Notes: generated by a model not told the origin, from the sequence alone. A stretch of DNA of 64,000 nucleotides from Planktothrix sp. GU0601_MAG3 (GCA_035193785.1 CP136572.1:480001-544000); one strand, 5' to 3'. Shown: positions 23,809-35,304, counted from the first letter of the stretch. Numbers and translations are program-made.

Positions 23809-24046
23809 TCGATTCTATTTGGTGATTTGGCTCTCCTGCAACCCCCAAGACCTCCAAATCTTCGGTTTCCATGGCCGTTAACCGACTTTGGAAGACATCA
23901 CCCCGATTCAAGGGACATCCGAGATCCAATTGACCGTGGTGATTGTCTGGGGTGACAACTTTTAAGATTCGTGAGTTGCCATGACCGGGCGTGGTAAAAT
24001 GTGTAAAAATTCGCCCACATAATTTTTCCCAGAGGTATATTAATTC

Positions 24047-24184
24047 ATGGAAGCAACACTGCTGTTAGCAAAGCTACCCGAAGCTTACTCTATTTTTAGC
24101 CCGGTTGTTGACATTCTGCCCGTTATCCCCGTATTTTTCCTATTGTTGGCTTTCGTTTGGCAAGCCTCCGTGGGATTCAAATAA
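24047..24184 (+). CDS. psbK: Photosystem II protein K (not in the ORF track)
   Basis: Translates to [45 protein letters not shown]. Confidence 0.97.
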   Translation: MEATLLLAKLPEAYSIFSPVVDILPVIPVFFLLLAFVWQASVGFK

Positions 24185-24302
24185 GAAAACAAGTTTAAGC
24201 TATCAGCGTCCAGTTAGAAAATTATGGGGTTTTCTCAACCCGATCTAGGGTTTAACCTCCCAATCTTTTTAACTTTACGCTGATAGCCTTTTCCTATTAA
24301 TA

Positions 24303-24860
24303 TTATTTTTTTCCACCAATTGTTTTTTGGAAAGCCGGTCTTTCGTTTAACCGTTGAATATATTCTAATACCGCCGGATAGGGGCTTAAATCCAACTGCA
24401 ACATCAGGGGAATATAGGCTAAAATCGAGCCGACTGCAATATCAGCTACGGTCAATTCATCACCCATTAAAAAGGGTTGTTGACTCAGAATTTTATTTAA
24501 AGGATTGAGTAAACGGGGGGTTTCTTTTTCCCGATTCGCTTCTATAAAAATCCCCGTTCCCAAGGTAGCATTACCAAATAATACCCATTGTGTAATGATA
24601 GCTCGTTCTTCAACAGAATCGGGTAGTTTTCCATGTTTTTCGGCTAAATATAATAGAATCGCGCCGGACTCCCACAGTTGAAAATCATCTTCCACAATAG
24701 CTGGAACTTTACCAATCGGATTAATTGATAAAAATTCAGGTTGCAGGTGTTCTCCCGCCGCCATATCTAATAAAATAAACTCGTAGGGAACCCCAATTTC
24801 CTCTAAATACCATTGAACAATTGAGGCCCGACTGCGACCGCCACCATATAGTTTTAACAT
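24303..24860 (-). CDS. Glutathione S-transferase family protein
   Basis: INPIGKVPAI and LWESGAILLYLAEK motifs. Confidence 0.92.
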   Translation of the reverse strand: MLKLYGGGRSRASIVQWYLEEIGVPYEFILLDMAAGEHLQPEFLSINPIGKVPAIVEDDFQLWESGAILLYLAEKHGKLPDSVEERAIITQWVLFGNATLGTGIFIEANREKETPRLLNPLNKILSQQPFLMGDELTVADIAVGSILAYIPLMLQLDLSPYPAVLEYIQRLNERPAFQKTIGGKK

Positions 24861-24946
24861 GGATCTTTATCCTTTTTTAAGATGAGAACTTACTCGAAAA
24901 GTGTATCATAAAATTAGAAAGACAAATTGCGTTATTAAGTCAGACT

Positions 24947-25309
24947 AATGATCCCGCCCTAGTTTTAACTCAAATCTCCCAAATAACTGAACAAATTGCA
25001 GATCGGCAAGTTCAAAGTAATTTAATGGCTGCATCTGCAATTCTCGCCGGATTGGTGTTAGAACCAGAAGTCATTCAACGGATTATCAGGAGTGATATTA
25101 TGCAAGAATCTACCATGTATCAAGAAATTTTACGACAAGGGAAAGAACAGGGTCGTGCTGAAGGTCGTGCCCAAGCCTTAAAACAAGTGGCAATTCTATT
25201 ACTCAAAATGGGCATGAGTTTAGAACAAATTGCCGAAACAACAAAATTAACCGTTTCCCCAAATTCAAGCCTTAGAAAAAAGCCAAGAACAGGACAATCA
25301 AAATAATTA
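24947..25309 (+). pseudogene. C-terminal fragment of Rpn/YhgA-like protein
   Basis: IIRSDIMQESTMYQEILRQGKEQGRAEG motif; nuclease N-terminus absent. Confidence 0.6.
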
Positions 25310-25388
25310 AAAAAAATGGGAGGCAATTTCGGTAAAAATCAAGCTAATACCAAGGGATTTTGCCCCCATTGAAATCTCTTAAATAGAA

Positions 25389-25853
25389 TTATAGAACTTG
25401 GTGGGTATAAGCGTGTTGTTTGACATTATCTTCATTCCGAATCATCCGTTCAGAATTTAAAACCCGTTTTCGTTCTAAGGAGTAGTTAAATTCTTTAAAA
25501 CTGGTTCCTAAAGGAATATGCAGTTTAGCTTGGGGTCGATTCTTGTAAGTGCGAGTGGCGGCGATCGCCCGATCGCTAAAATTCTCGCAAAAATGGGCAT
25601 CTGTTGTTAATTCCGGGGGAATTTTAGCCTCTGCATCCGTTAAAATAGAACCTAATGTCACCGCCAAAGCCACTTCGTAGGAAGTCGGAACCCCTTTCAG
25701 AATTGCCTCTAAAGCCGCTGAGGGAATGGGTTCAACCACTTTCACTTGATGAACTTCCCCATCTTCTTTAATAAAACAGGTCGCTAAACCAATGACGACA
25801 TAATCATCGGTGGAGACATCGGGGGCGTTAGGATAAGCTGTTGCAGTTGTCAT
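25389..25853 (-). CDS. Conserved cyanobacterial hypothetical protein
   Basis: DDYVVIGLATCF...DNVKQHAYTHQVL; start chosen at MTTATAYP. Confidence 0.7.
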   Translation of the reverse strand: MTTATAYPNAPDVSTDDYVVIGLATCFIKEDGEVHQVKVVEPIPSAALEAILKGVPTSYEVALAVTLGSILTDAEAKIPPELTTDAHFCENFSDRAIAATRTYKNRPQAKLHIPLGTSFKEFNYSLERKRVLNSERMIRNEDNVKQHAYTHQVL

Positions 25854-26036
25854 AAAAATCAAAAAGTTCAGAATTCCAAGAATCATTCGCTGGTTGCATT
25901 GTACCAAGTTCCGATCTTCCCCATCTGACTCGAATTAGACTCCGAAAGTGTCTAAACCCTTGCCTAAGTTTAACAACAGGGATATTGTTAAAGTCACGGT
26001 GCTTCACATTTTGCTAAGATATTTAACCAAACTTTA

Positions 26037-26517
26037 TCAAAACTCCTCTGGGATTTTCCGTTGGACTTGAGCAATGGCCACCGTTACCGCCTGTCCGATC
26101 TGAGGTGTTGATACCCGATAAATTTGCTTAGAAACCAGTAGGGTTTTAACTCCGGCGGCTTGTAAGGCGGCGGCTTCGGCCACACTTGGTGTTCCCACAG
26201 CCTTCGTGACCCCCGCCGAGGGGTTAGGAACCTGCACAGCCCGCAATATTTCCGAGGAGAAGGTGCGTAATGGCCAATCTTTGGCTTGGCACAATTCCAC
26301 TAACCCGGGTTTCATTGCCTTTCTGATCTAAAGTGGCAATACCGGCGATCGCATTTTCCCCTAAATTATACCGTTGTAAAACCTGCTGAATTGCCGTTTC
26401 AATTAGACTTCTCGGGGTTAACCGTCCACAACCGACACCGACCCATAACACCTTGGGGAACCACTGGCTTTCAGGAGTATCAAATCTTACCATCTTTTGC
26501 CATTGAAAAAAACTCAT
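26037..26517 (-). CDS. Cobalamin biosynthesis CbiG C-terminal-domain protein (apparent frameshift at ~26310)
   Basis: LWVGVGC, IATLDQK and VGTPSVAEAAAL...VTVAIA motifs. Confidence 0.8.
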
Positions 26518-26683
26518 CGAGTAACAGTAATAGATTAAGATAGAGAAATTGTTTCTTTAATGATCATCAATGGGAAAAACCCCTATTTATAGAATTATCG
26601 GGTATTGAGGCATCGTTAAACCGACTCAAACTTGTGAATCATTTGTCAATTTTTATTTTAGGTAAAAAGGCGGAGCATCTATA

Positions 26684-27472
26684 ATGGATCAGAGAACAGA
26701 ACTATTATTAAAACTCGATATTCTGAAAGAATTTTATACAGAAGAAATCGAAACCATTAGCGAATATTTTTCGATTCATAAGTTCTTTGATTTACAAGCG
26801 ATTATGCCCCAAACAGGTCAGAATCCCTCCTTTGGGATTATTTTATCTGGGGAAGTTAGCATCGGTGATGACCAGATAGAAAATTCCAGTCGGACTAAAG
26901 GGGATATCTTGGGGGAAATGGCATTTGTTCATGGTTTGCGATCGGAATTTATTGCCGCTAGTGATGGGGCGATCGCGATTATGACCTTTGATGATATTGA
27001 GAAATTAAAACTCAAACAACCCTATTTAGCGGTTAAATTGGTTAATTTTGTTACCCGTAATCTGATTAATGATTTACGGAAAAATGACAGAAAAGACAAT
27101 ACAGAAATCCTGGTATTATTAGCTGATGATCATTTATTTTCAGATTTAATTAATTTAATCAAGGATCATCTTCATATTATCAATAACTTTTCCATTGTCA
27201 CCTGCGAAAAATTAAAAACCACCCTAGAAACAAGCACAAATTTAACTATTAGTCAAGTAATTGAACCCCAGAGTTTGATTTTGGGTGAAACCGCCATTGG
27301 TTATCAAATTTTGTTAGATCAAGTTAAAGCCATTGTCTATTTACGAGATCCGATAAAACTCGAATCTAACCCCGCCTCTATTGAAGCCCTATCGCGGTTA
27401 TGTGACTTACAACAGGTTTTATTTGCAACTAATTTATTAACCGCAAATGCTATTTTTCAGTATTTAGAATAA
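26684..27472 (+). CDS. cNMP-binding domain + degenerate methylglyoxal-synthase-like domain
   Basis: ILSGEV...GDILGEMAF cNMP fold; YLRDP...ALSRLCDLQQVLFATNLLTA MGS-like C-terminus. Confidence 0.7.
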   Translation: MDQRTELLLKLDILKEFYTEEIETISEYFSIHKFFDLQAIMPQTGQNPSFGIILSGEVSIGDDQIENSSRTKGDILGEMAFVHGLRSEFIAASDGAIAIMTFDDIEKLKLKQPYLAVKLVNFVTRNLINDLRKNDRKDNTEILVLLADDHLFSDLINLIKDHLHIINNFSIVTCEKLKTTLETSTNLTISQVIEPQSLILGETAIGYQILLDQVKAIVYLRDPIKLESNPASIEALSRLCDLQQVLFATNLLTANAIFQYLE

Positions 27473-27499
27473 AACCCATAATGCTCAGGAGATAATCCC

Positions 27500-28592
27500 A
27501 TGAATCAACGAGTTTTAATCCTAGGAGGCAGAGGACGAATTGGCGATAGTGTTGCCGAAGATCTCGCCCAACATACCGCCGCCGAGATCACCATTACCGG
27601 AAGGAAATTGACGGATAATAGGGCGATAAATCCCCGATTTAAACAGTTAGAATTAGATTTAGCAGATGAAAAAAAATTAGAAACGGCGATCGCCAATTCC
27701 GACTTAGTTATTCACTGTGCTGGGCCGTTTCAATATCGAGATTTAGGAGTTTTAAAAACCTGTATTCAACATCATATTAACTATATTGATGTGAGTGATA
27801 ATCGAGACTTTACCCGCCGGATTTTTGAGCATTCTGAAGTGGCAAAAAATGCCGGAGTTACCGCTATTATTAATACGGGTATTTTCCCGGGTATTTCTAA
27901 TAGTATGGTGCGCCAGGGTGTGGAACAATTTGATCAGGTGGAAAAAATCCACCTAAGTTATGTAGTTGGCGGGTCTGGGGGGGCTGGAATTACCGTGATG
28001 AGAACCACCTTTCTCGGGCTACAATCTCCGTTTCAAGTGTGGATAAACGGACAATGGCAAACCATTAAACCCTACAGCGAACGGGAAACCATTGAATTTC
28101 CGATTCCCTACGGAAAAACCGGAGTTTATTGGTTTGATATGCCAGAATGTTTCACTTTAGTAGACTCTTTTCCCGTTAAAACTGTGATTACCAAATTTGG
28201 CACTATTCCCGATTTTTATAATTATTTAACTTGGAGTGTTGCCCATTGGTGGCCAGAAAGTTGGCTGCAAAATCCCGCCGTGATTGAGTTTTTATCCCAG
28301 GTAAGTTATCGGATGACCAATGTAACCGATATTTGGGGTGGTATCGGGGTAGCTGTTTCGTTCCTGTGTGACCGGAATTAAACAGGGAAAAACCGTTGAT
28401 TTTTGTTCTACAATTGTTCATAAAAATACTGCTAAAATTGCCGGAATTGGTACGGGAACGATTGCGGAACTTTGCTTAAACGGTGAACTGCAAAAGCCCG
28501 GAGTTTGGCCAGTAGAACAGATACTTTCAACCTACCTATTTGAAGCCGCTCTGAATCAACGTGGCGTTAATATTCAAACCAATTTTAGTTAG
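27500..28592 (+). CDS. Saccharopine dehydrogenase-like oxidoreductase (apparent frameshift at ~28356)
   Basis: VLILGGRGRIG, IHCAGPF, NTGIFPGISN and PGVWPVEQ motifs. Confidence 0.85.
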
Positions 28593-28604
28593 AAATTAAA
28601 CAGA

Positions 28605-28871
28605 TTAGCGCAAAAATGGAGGGCGTTTGGTATCCGTATCGGTTTTATTTTTAGCCGACTCAGCCAGGAAACGTTTTAAGGCTTTTTCACGGTTTTTCAT
28701 AAACGCCCCCCAAAACCCGGGTTGAAACTCATCCATCGTTTTCGCTAAAGCCCAAACATCAATGGCTAGGATGTTGTACATTCGTTCATCTTCGCACTTG
28801 AGGGTATTAATCTGTTCTAGGAGCTTGCGTTTTATACCAGAAATCGATTGATCTTCGTCGTTGGTGTTCAT
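28605..28871 (-). CDS. Hypothetical protein
   Basis: 88-aa ATG-initiated ORF filling an intergenic gap; no recognised motif. Confidence 0.55.
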   Translation of the reverse strand: MNTNDEDQSISGIKRKLLEQINTLKCEDERMYNILAIDVWALAKTMDEFQPGFWGAFMKNREKALKRFLAESAKNKTDTDTKRPPFLR

Positions 28872-28885
28872 ATTAAACGTTTCAT

Positions 28886-29231
28886 CAGAAAAATGGGTTT
28901 GAAACCCCGTCCTTCTAGGACGGCTTTATATGGAATTGATAGTTTCACAATTAGCAAGCTAAAATGTGAGACATGGAAAAAGCTCACCGCTACCAATTTT
29001 ACCCAACACCCGAACAGGAGTCGCTATGGCGACGGACTTTGGGGTGTGTAAGATTGGTTTACAACAAGCCCCTCAATGAAATAACTCAAGGGTGGTAAGC
29101 AAGACAGCAGAGGGTTGGATATAACCAAACCTCTACACAGAGTAAATCTGTTAAGGCTTCTGCTATGAAACAGAAACCTAAGTTGTGAAGCTTAGGAATC
29201 CCCATCGCGTTACTCGCGCAGAGGATGTCAA
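28886..29231 (+). mobile_element. Internally deleted IS200/IS605-family (TnpB) element
   Basis: Left-end hairpin ccgtccttctaggacgg; TnpB-like start at 28973 (MEKAHRYQFYPTPEQESLWRRTLGCVRLVYNK); right end ...ggaatcccc...gaggatgtcaa. Confidence 0.85.
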
Positions 29232-29291
29232 AAAATGGCGTAGCAGCTTAGAATCAACAGAGTGAGTTCTAGCAGAATACTTTTGATTAAT

Positions 29292-29841
29292 ATGTTACGT
29301 CAAACTTCTTTGGGCGCCCTAGGTTTAGTGGTGGGTGGAATCTTAACTGTAGTGGGTTTTGCTGCCTATTTTGCGGATAATGCCACCTTGAACTTAGCTG
29401 GATTTTTCTATGGAATTCCCGTATTGTTAGGAGGGTTAGCCCTGAAAGCGGCAGAACTCAAACCCATCCCATTTACTCAAGCGACATCCTCTGAGGTCTT
29501 AGCTCGCCGAGAAACAGCAGGCTACAGACACCCAAAATCAAGTCCGCAAGGATGTCACCCGGTATCGCTATGGCCAAGAAGCCCATTTATCCGATGTCCT
29601 AGAACGTCTGGGACTTAGCCCCAACCGTGAAGAACGTCCCCTCCTCCAGGGTATTCGAGAAACCCTGATTAATGATTCCTATTCTTTGATTTTAGAGTTC
29701 GATTCTCCCTTTATGTCTTTGGACAATTGGCAAAAAAAACAAGACAAAATTGCTAAGTTTTTTGGCCCTAATTTACAGGTTCAAATTACCCAACCCCGAG
29801 AAGAACAGATTGATGTTGCCTTAATTTCAGAGCCAACTTAG
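29292..29841 (+). CDS. DUF2854 family membrane protein (apparent frameshift at ~29512)
   Basis: LNLAGFFYGIPVLLGGLALKAAELKP; corrected frame continues QVRKDVTRYRYGQEAHL...KFFGP. Confidence 0.85.
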
Positions 29842-29956
29842 TTTGGTTCTTTAGTAGATAGTATGCTGAAGTAATACCAAACCCCATAACCCTAGTTTTC
29901 CAGGTGCACTGTTCCTCGACAACTGGGTTTTATGGTAGTTCACCTCCTCCTATATA

Positions 29957-30871
29957 ATGGAAAATGTTTCAATTTATACTAAAATGAGCAAAGGTTTTAG
30001 ATACATCAAAAAGTTCAATATTTGGGGGAAAAGAAACTTTTATAAAACCAGACTCCTTGCCATCGGAATTTTGGCTGTTAACCTTCCCTTAATCTTTTAT
30101 ATACTTTATCTAATCTTTTCTGCTCAGTCCTTTTTGAGTGGGGATATTTTGACTATTATTTTTATCGGTACAATCGCAGGTGTTTTTTTATTATACCGAT
30201 ATATTAACTCGATTAAACAGTCTATATTATTAGTAACAAAATCCCTGGATTTGTATTCTAATCAAGGAGAAATTCCAGAATTTACTCCGAGCCACTATTG
30301 GGAAATTAACCAACTCTACAAAGCGATTAAATTTGCCATTCAAAGTAGTGAACAAAATATTTTTGACCTAGAAAATATTATTCTATCTCATCAAGAAGAA
30401 TCCCTACAAATTGTTCTGGGACGAGAAACCGCAGAAACCCATCTTCGCCAATGTTTAAGTATAGCAAACCGTCACCATTTATCCCTGTGTGTTGCTCTAA
30501 TTAGTGTCGAAGACAGCACGTCAACTGAAAACTCAGATTTCTTAGCAACCCCATCCCCCCAAATTATTAATTTAATGCAGGAATTAAAACAAATTTTGCG
30601 CGAAAGTGATTGGGTTGCCAACTGGAAAAAGGATGAATTTTTACTCGCTATTTTTTCAGAATTACCCGGAACAAAAATAGCACTCAACCGAATTTTAGAT
30701 CGTTTGGTGAACCAAGAAGAATCCTTTGAAAATAATAGTTCTACCCAGTGTTCTATCTATATCGGATATACAAAAGCCCAACCCAATGAACACTATCGCG
30801 CCTGCATTGATCGCATAAATCAAGCCCTACAACAAGCTAAAAACACAGGAGAACGTTGTGTTTATTTTTGA
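29957..30871 (+). CDS. Membrane protein with degenerate GGDEF-like domain
   Basis: Two TM segments; LRESDWVANWKKDEFLL in place of R.GGDEF; ALQQAKNTG end. Confidence 0.7.
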   Translation: MENVSIYTKMSKGFRYIKKFNIWGKRNFYKTRLLAIGILAVNLPLIFYILYLIFSAQSFLSGDILTIIFIGTIAGVFLLYRYINSIKQSILLVTKSLDLYSNQGEIPEFTPSHYWEINQLYKAIKFAIQSSEQNIFDLENIILSHQEESLQIVLGRETAETHLRQCLSIANRHHLSLCVALISVEDSTSTENSDFLATPSPQIINLMQELKQILRESDWVANWKKDEFLLAIFSELPGTKIALNRILDRLVNQEESFENNSSTQCSIYIGYTKAQPNEHYRACIDRINQALQQAKNTGERCVYF

Positions 30872-30885
30872 GGGAATAGGGGTAA

Positions 30886-31028
30886 TTACAAATTACGAAT
30901 TACGAATTACGAATTACGAATTACGGATGGGTAATGGGTAATGGGTAATGGGTAATGGGTAAGAGTTGACCTCCCCTGCTCCCCCTGCTCCCCCTGCTCC
31001 CCCTGCTCCCCCTGCTCCCCCTGCTCCT
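30886..31028. repeat. Short tandem repeats (TTACGAA)n, (TGGGTAA)n, (CCCCCTGCT)n
   Basis: Three consecutive microsatellite blocks between convergent genes; STRR-type repeats of filamentous cyanobacteria. Confidence 0.9.
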
Positions 31029-31031
31029 CTG

Positions 31032-31668
31032 TTAACTCTTAACTTCCGTCATTTCAATAACGCGGTCATCTAAATCTTTCACTAAAAAATTTAACGGTCT
31101 TTCGCTGCGAATTTTATGTTTTACGCCGCGCAATTGTACCCGCATTAAAATTTGTTCTAAACAGTCTTTATCAAAACAAACATGACGTTTCTTGATCTTT
31201 TGAACCATAACTAGCTCCACTAATAATATGTAACTGAGTGTTTTTCATCAGTTGATACCATAATCCCTCCGTGCCCTGCATTTTAGAGGTTACAGTATTC
31301 CCCGCAGGAGCAGAAAGATAAAGGGGATCAATTCCAGCCCCTAAAGTTTGTTCATAGTTATAGTAATAATGTAAAGGTACATCTGCCACGGATAGTCCTA
31401 ATAAACCTTCATAAAAATCCCGGGCTACATTCAAATCAGAAACCATAATCGTGTGAACTTTCGGCGCACTGGTGAGAAACATCCACATAGCAACGGCATA
31501 GGCCGCCAGTAACATCACCATCACTCCCTGAGTCGAAAAAATCCCATCAAAAACCGGAAATTCAGGGAAAAACGCACTTAACGGTAAAAAATGAAATGAA
31601 AAATTCATAAAATTAACGGCTATCAGCATAAATAAATTCAGAGGTAGGAAACCAATAATCGCCACCAT
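31032..31668 (-). CDS. Glyoxalase-like (VOC) domain protein (apparent frameshift at ~31188; start uncertain)
   Basis: VHTIMVSDLNVARDFYEGLLGL, QLHII, RHVCF and VKDLDDRVIE motifs. Confidence 0.75.
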
Positions 31669-31767
31669 CCCAAAGGCTGAGATGATCTGCTAGTGATCAT
31701 GTTAACAAAAAGTTTCAGCAACTCCTGTACAATCATATTTTTTTAGTCCAGACGTTGCAGCTTAACG

Positions 31768-32175
31768 ATGACCAATCAAATTGATGTGTTTGTATACGGT
31801 ACGCTCAAGCCAGGGGAATGTAACTATCAACGCTATTGTCAGGGGCGAGTTATAGCCAGTCGTCCGGCCCTGGCCTCGGGAAAACTCTATGCCCTATCTT
31901 TAGGTTATCCGGGGATGGTAGCTGGGGATGGTATCGTGCAGGGGGTGATTTTATCCTTTGCAGACCCTCATATTTTTTTAGATTTAGATCAATTAGAAGA
32001 TTACCAACCCCATCGCCCGACTGAAGAAAACGAATATCAGCGACAACAAATTTCGGTCTTTGATCTCAACCATCAACCCTTGGGTCTAGTTTGGGCCTAT
32101 CTGATGGAGATGACCAAAGTTCATTTCTATTCAGGGGTTTTAATTTCTGATGGGTGTTGGAAAAATCAATATTAG
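31768..32175 (+). CDS. Gamma-glutamylcyclotransferase (AIG2-like)
   Basis: VFVYGTLKPGECN and LDQLEDY motifs. Confidence 0.85.
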   Translation: MTNQIDVFVYGTLKPGECNYQRYCQGRVIASRPALASGKLYALSLGYPGMVAGDGIVQGVILSFADPHIFLDLDQLEDYQPHRPTEENEYQRQQISVFDLNHQPLGLVWAYLMEMTKVHFYSGVLISDGCWKNQY

Positions 32176-32230
32176 GCTTAAAATCAACCCCAAGGACATT
32201 GTATTTCAGTTTCCCTGGGGTGATATTGTT

Positions 32231-32803
32231 TTAATTAATAGGTCTTGAAACTGGAGCTTTAGGAATCGGAATAATCGGTTGATCCACGCTAATACTAACC
32301 GCATTCGGAGTAATAATCGGGATCAGTGGTTCATTCAAGGCAATTTGTAAAGGTTCCGAATTGTTCAGGGTTTCAGACTGGGCAAAGAGCGGAAAACGGC
32401 CGGAATTGCCTGAAATTGTGCCAGAAAAAGCCATGACCAATAAAGCAGCGATCGCAGTTCCTCCCCAGGTCGCCATCCTACGGGTTCTCCGATTTAACCG
32501 TTGGAAAACGCGGGTGGTCAGTTGTTGCGCCGAGATACCAGAAGTAGGGACAGGAGCGTTTTGTAGGCGAGAACGCAGTTGTAGTAATTGTAGATAGGTG
32601 GCTTTAATCTGGGGATCTGTATCCAGCCAAAGCTGAACCTGACGGCGTTCTGTCACCGTCGCCTCATTGTCCAGGTAAGCACTGAGCAATTGGATTACAG
32701 GGTCAATACCCGAGTGTTCCTCAGATAGATGTTCCCCGATGGTTAAGTGAATTTGTGGTGCTGGCTCAAAATTATGCTTCATCGGAACACCCCCGTTGAC
32801 CAA
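32231..32803 (-). CDS. Anti-sigma factor (membrane-anchored)
   Basis: QLLSAYLDNEAT..ERRQVQLWL plus one TM segment; downstream of ECF sigma. Confidence 0.8.
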   Translation of the reverse strand: MVNGGVPMKHNFEPAPQIHLTIGEHLSEEHSGIDPVIQLLSAYLDNEATVTERRQVQLWLDTDPQIKATYLQLLQLRSRLQNAPVPTSGISAQQLTTRVFQRLNRRTRRMATWGGTAIAALLVMAFSGTISGNSGRFPLFAQSETLNNSEPLQIALNEPLIPIITPNAVSISVDQPIIPIPKAPVSRPIN

Positions 32804-32895
32804 ACATCAAATCAGACATGAGAAATTGGGGTTTAACCTATAGAACTATTATATCGGTATTGATCAGCAATTGCACCCCCTCCACTGGCAATTAT

Positions 32896-33553
32896 TTAGG
32901 GATTGAGATACATTTGTAAGTCACTTTGTAAGCGTTGACGCGCTCTGGCGATTCTCGATTTCACGGTTTCCCAGGGAAACTCCGGTGATTTCGGCAATTT
33001 CTTCATAAGCTAATCCTTCAATTTCGCGTAAAACAATAGTAGTGCGGAACACTTCGGGTAAATCGGCGATCGCTTCATGAAGATGACCATAGAATTCACG
33101 GGTTGCCATATCTTCATCCGGGCCGGGGCCATCGGCGGCGATTTCCCAATCCATTTCCCCATCTTCTATATTGCGAGGGGCATCTAAAGACAGAGGGGGC
33201 TTGACCCGTTTGCGCTTACGGAGTTCATCGTAAAATAAATTAGTGGCAATTCGACTTAACCAGCCCCGAAATTTCACTGGCTCTTGTAGACGTTGAATAT
33301 TGCGATAGACCCGAATCCAGATTTCTTGAGCAAGGTCGGCTCGATCCTGCCAGTCTGGGGCGAGGTGGTAGAGAATCTTATCAACATGGGACTGATACCG
33401 ACGCAGCAGTTCTGTAAAGGCTGCTTTATCTGGACAGACTCCCTCTTGACACCGCAGGACTAAATCGGTATTGGGGAGTTGTTCAAGGGGAAGTTGCTCT
33501 AGGGGAACAGAGACTCCAGCCTTAGACCAGGAGATAGGGATAGATTGGCTCAT
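32896..33553 (-). CDS. sigG: ECF RNA polymerase sigma factor (SigG-like; apparent frameshift at ~32967)
   Basis: DLAQEIWIRVY, FRGWLSRIATNLFYDELRKRKR and [31 protein letters not shown] (after correction). Confidence 0.8.
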
Positions 33554-33932
33554 GGGTGGAACTTGGTTGATGAAAGATTCCGTTAGTGGTTGACGCGACC
33601 CGGATTGAGAGTGTTCCTGGGTTCAAACTTGTTAGTTAGGATACCAGGGGTAGAGATAAGTTTTTGCACTTAACGGGTGTTTTTCCCTTATATTAGTGGA
33701 AGTTTTGCCCTTTGTCATGAAAAATTTCTCATCAAATCCGGGGTTTCGTTGTATGAAAGGATACGTTTGCTGGGATTGAGTTTCGGGAAAATTGGAAATC
33801 AGAAAAAGGGCGGGTTGATAAAATTTATCTGTGGGAGACAGAAGTTATTTGAGAATTCGCCCCTAGATGAATCTTGTCTCGTTAATCCTAGGGGATATTT
33901 AAACTTGGGTATTTTTCTAATTCTCATCTTTT

Positions 33933-35304
33933 TTATATGAGCAAATACTGCTTAATTAGAGGTGATAACCAGAAACTATCCTCGATTTTTTCTACTAAAC
34001 AACGCCGTTGTAAAGATTGTAAGACGTTAACTAATTCTAAGTTGAAATTCGGTTGTTTGTCTATTAATTTTGACAGTTTTAGGGGTTGAGTTTCCCTAGC
34101 CAGTATGGACAATATTTGTTTTTCTCTATCGGATAGGCGATCGCACTGTTGCCGTAAAATATCTTTAACATCTTCGGGTAATAAGATGGTATCATTTTGT
34201 AATAAATCAGTAACATTGACTCCTAATTCTTGAATCATAGTTGCCACACTTTTTAACCATAAAGGGTTGCCTTGGTAACGATGAATAAGTATTGAGTAGT
34301 CGATTTCTGATAACCCGTAATCTCTGAGTATTTCCCCGGCGGCTGCGATATCTAAACCATTGATTTGTAAGGTACGAATAGGATTATTTTGGCTTTCAAT
34401 TTGAGAGATTTCTCTGGGTTGTTCCCAACCGATTAAAAGAAAGCAACTTTGATGGGATAATTTTTCTATCTGTTTAAAAAAATGGCGATATTCTTCATAT
34501 TCTGGTTTATACTTTCCTGCCAATTCGCCACTACTGAAAAGATTGTGAACATCATCTAATATGATTAAACAGCGATGCTTTTGTAAATATTTAATTAGGG
34601 ATAAGGGTTTCGGTTTAGTTGTAGGGGAGTCTAGTTTTTCTGACTGGGAGAAAAGCTGAATTAGTTCCTGTTGAAATTCGTCTAGGGTGTGGGATACGTT
34701 TATAGTGCGCCAAATTATATAATCAAATTGATTTTTTATTTGTTGTACGAGTTGTACTGCTAGGGATGTTTTCCCAATACCGCTAATACCCGTAATAGCA
34801 ATCAGGCGACATTGTTCTTGTAAAATCCAGGTGGTCAGGGTTTCTAGTTTCAGGAGTGCGATCGTAAAAAGCACCCAAATCAGGCATCTCGCTTAAATCT
34901 TGATGCGATATTTCAGGTTGTTTTGTGTTAGATGTTTCTTGATTTGGTGGGGGTGAGTTGGGTGTGTTTGGTGGGTGTCTTCCTTCTCCACAAATGTTGA
35001 AAGTACCGCTCACTACAACGTCTTGTCCAAAGTTTACAACACTAGCGTTTTGTAACCTCTCTATTGCCGATCTAAAATTCTTTTTATTGATATTTTCCCC
35101 TAATTCTTCTGAAAGTAATTGCCATAATTGTGAACCAACTTGCCTAACATAATTTTCGTTACAGTGAATCTCCTCGGCAATTTTGATATATTTATCACCT
35201 TGTATGGTTCCTCGCAGAATTGACTCTTGTAAGTTATCGAGGTGCTTCCCCGTCTTGGCAAACACCATCTCGTCAGCCATTTTTAACACTTCCTTAAGAT
35301 TCAT
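33933..35304 (-). CDS. HTH + STAND (NB-ARC/NACHT-like) ATPase without repeat sensor domain (apparent frameshift at ~34848)
   Basis: N-terminal HLDNLQESILRG...YIKIAEE HTH; Walker A GISGIGKTSL; Walker B LIILDDV; YQGNPLWLK. Confidence 0.8.

Noticed and set aside
23895..23960. Possible ncRNA hairpin (tcacccc...ggggtga) upstream of psbK
   Set aside because: Single 7-bp stem, no second copy and no family recognised; insufficient support.
28848..29051. 67-aa ORF as a real gene
   Set aside because: Off-frame read-through across the IS left end; the meaningful frame is the TnpB relic starting at 28973.
33677..33940. 87-aa ORF upstream of the sigma factor
   Set aside because: GTG start, no recognisable motif, lies in the promoter region; likely spurious.
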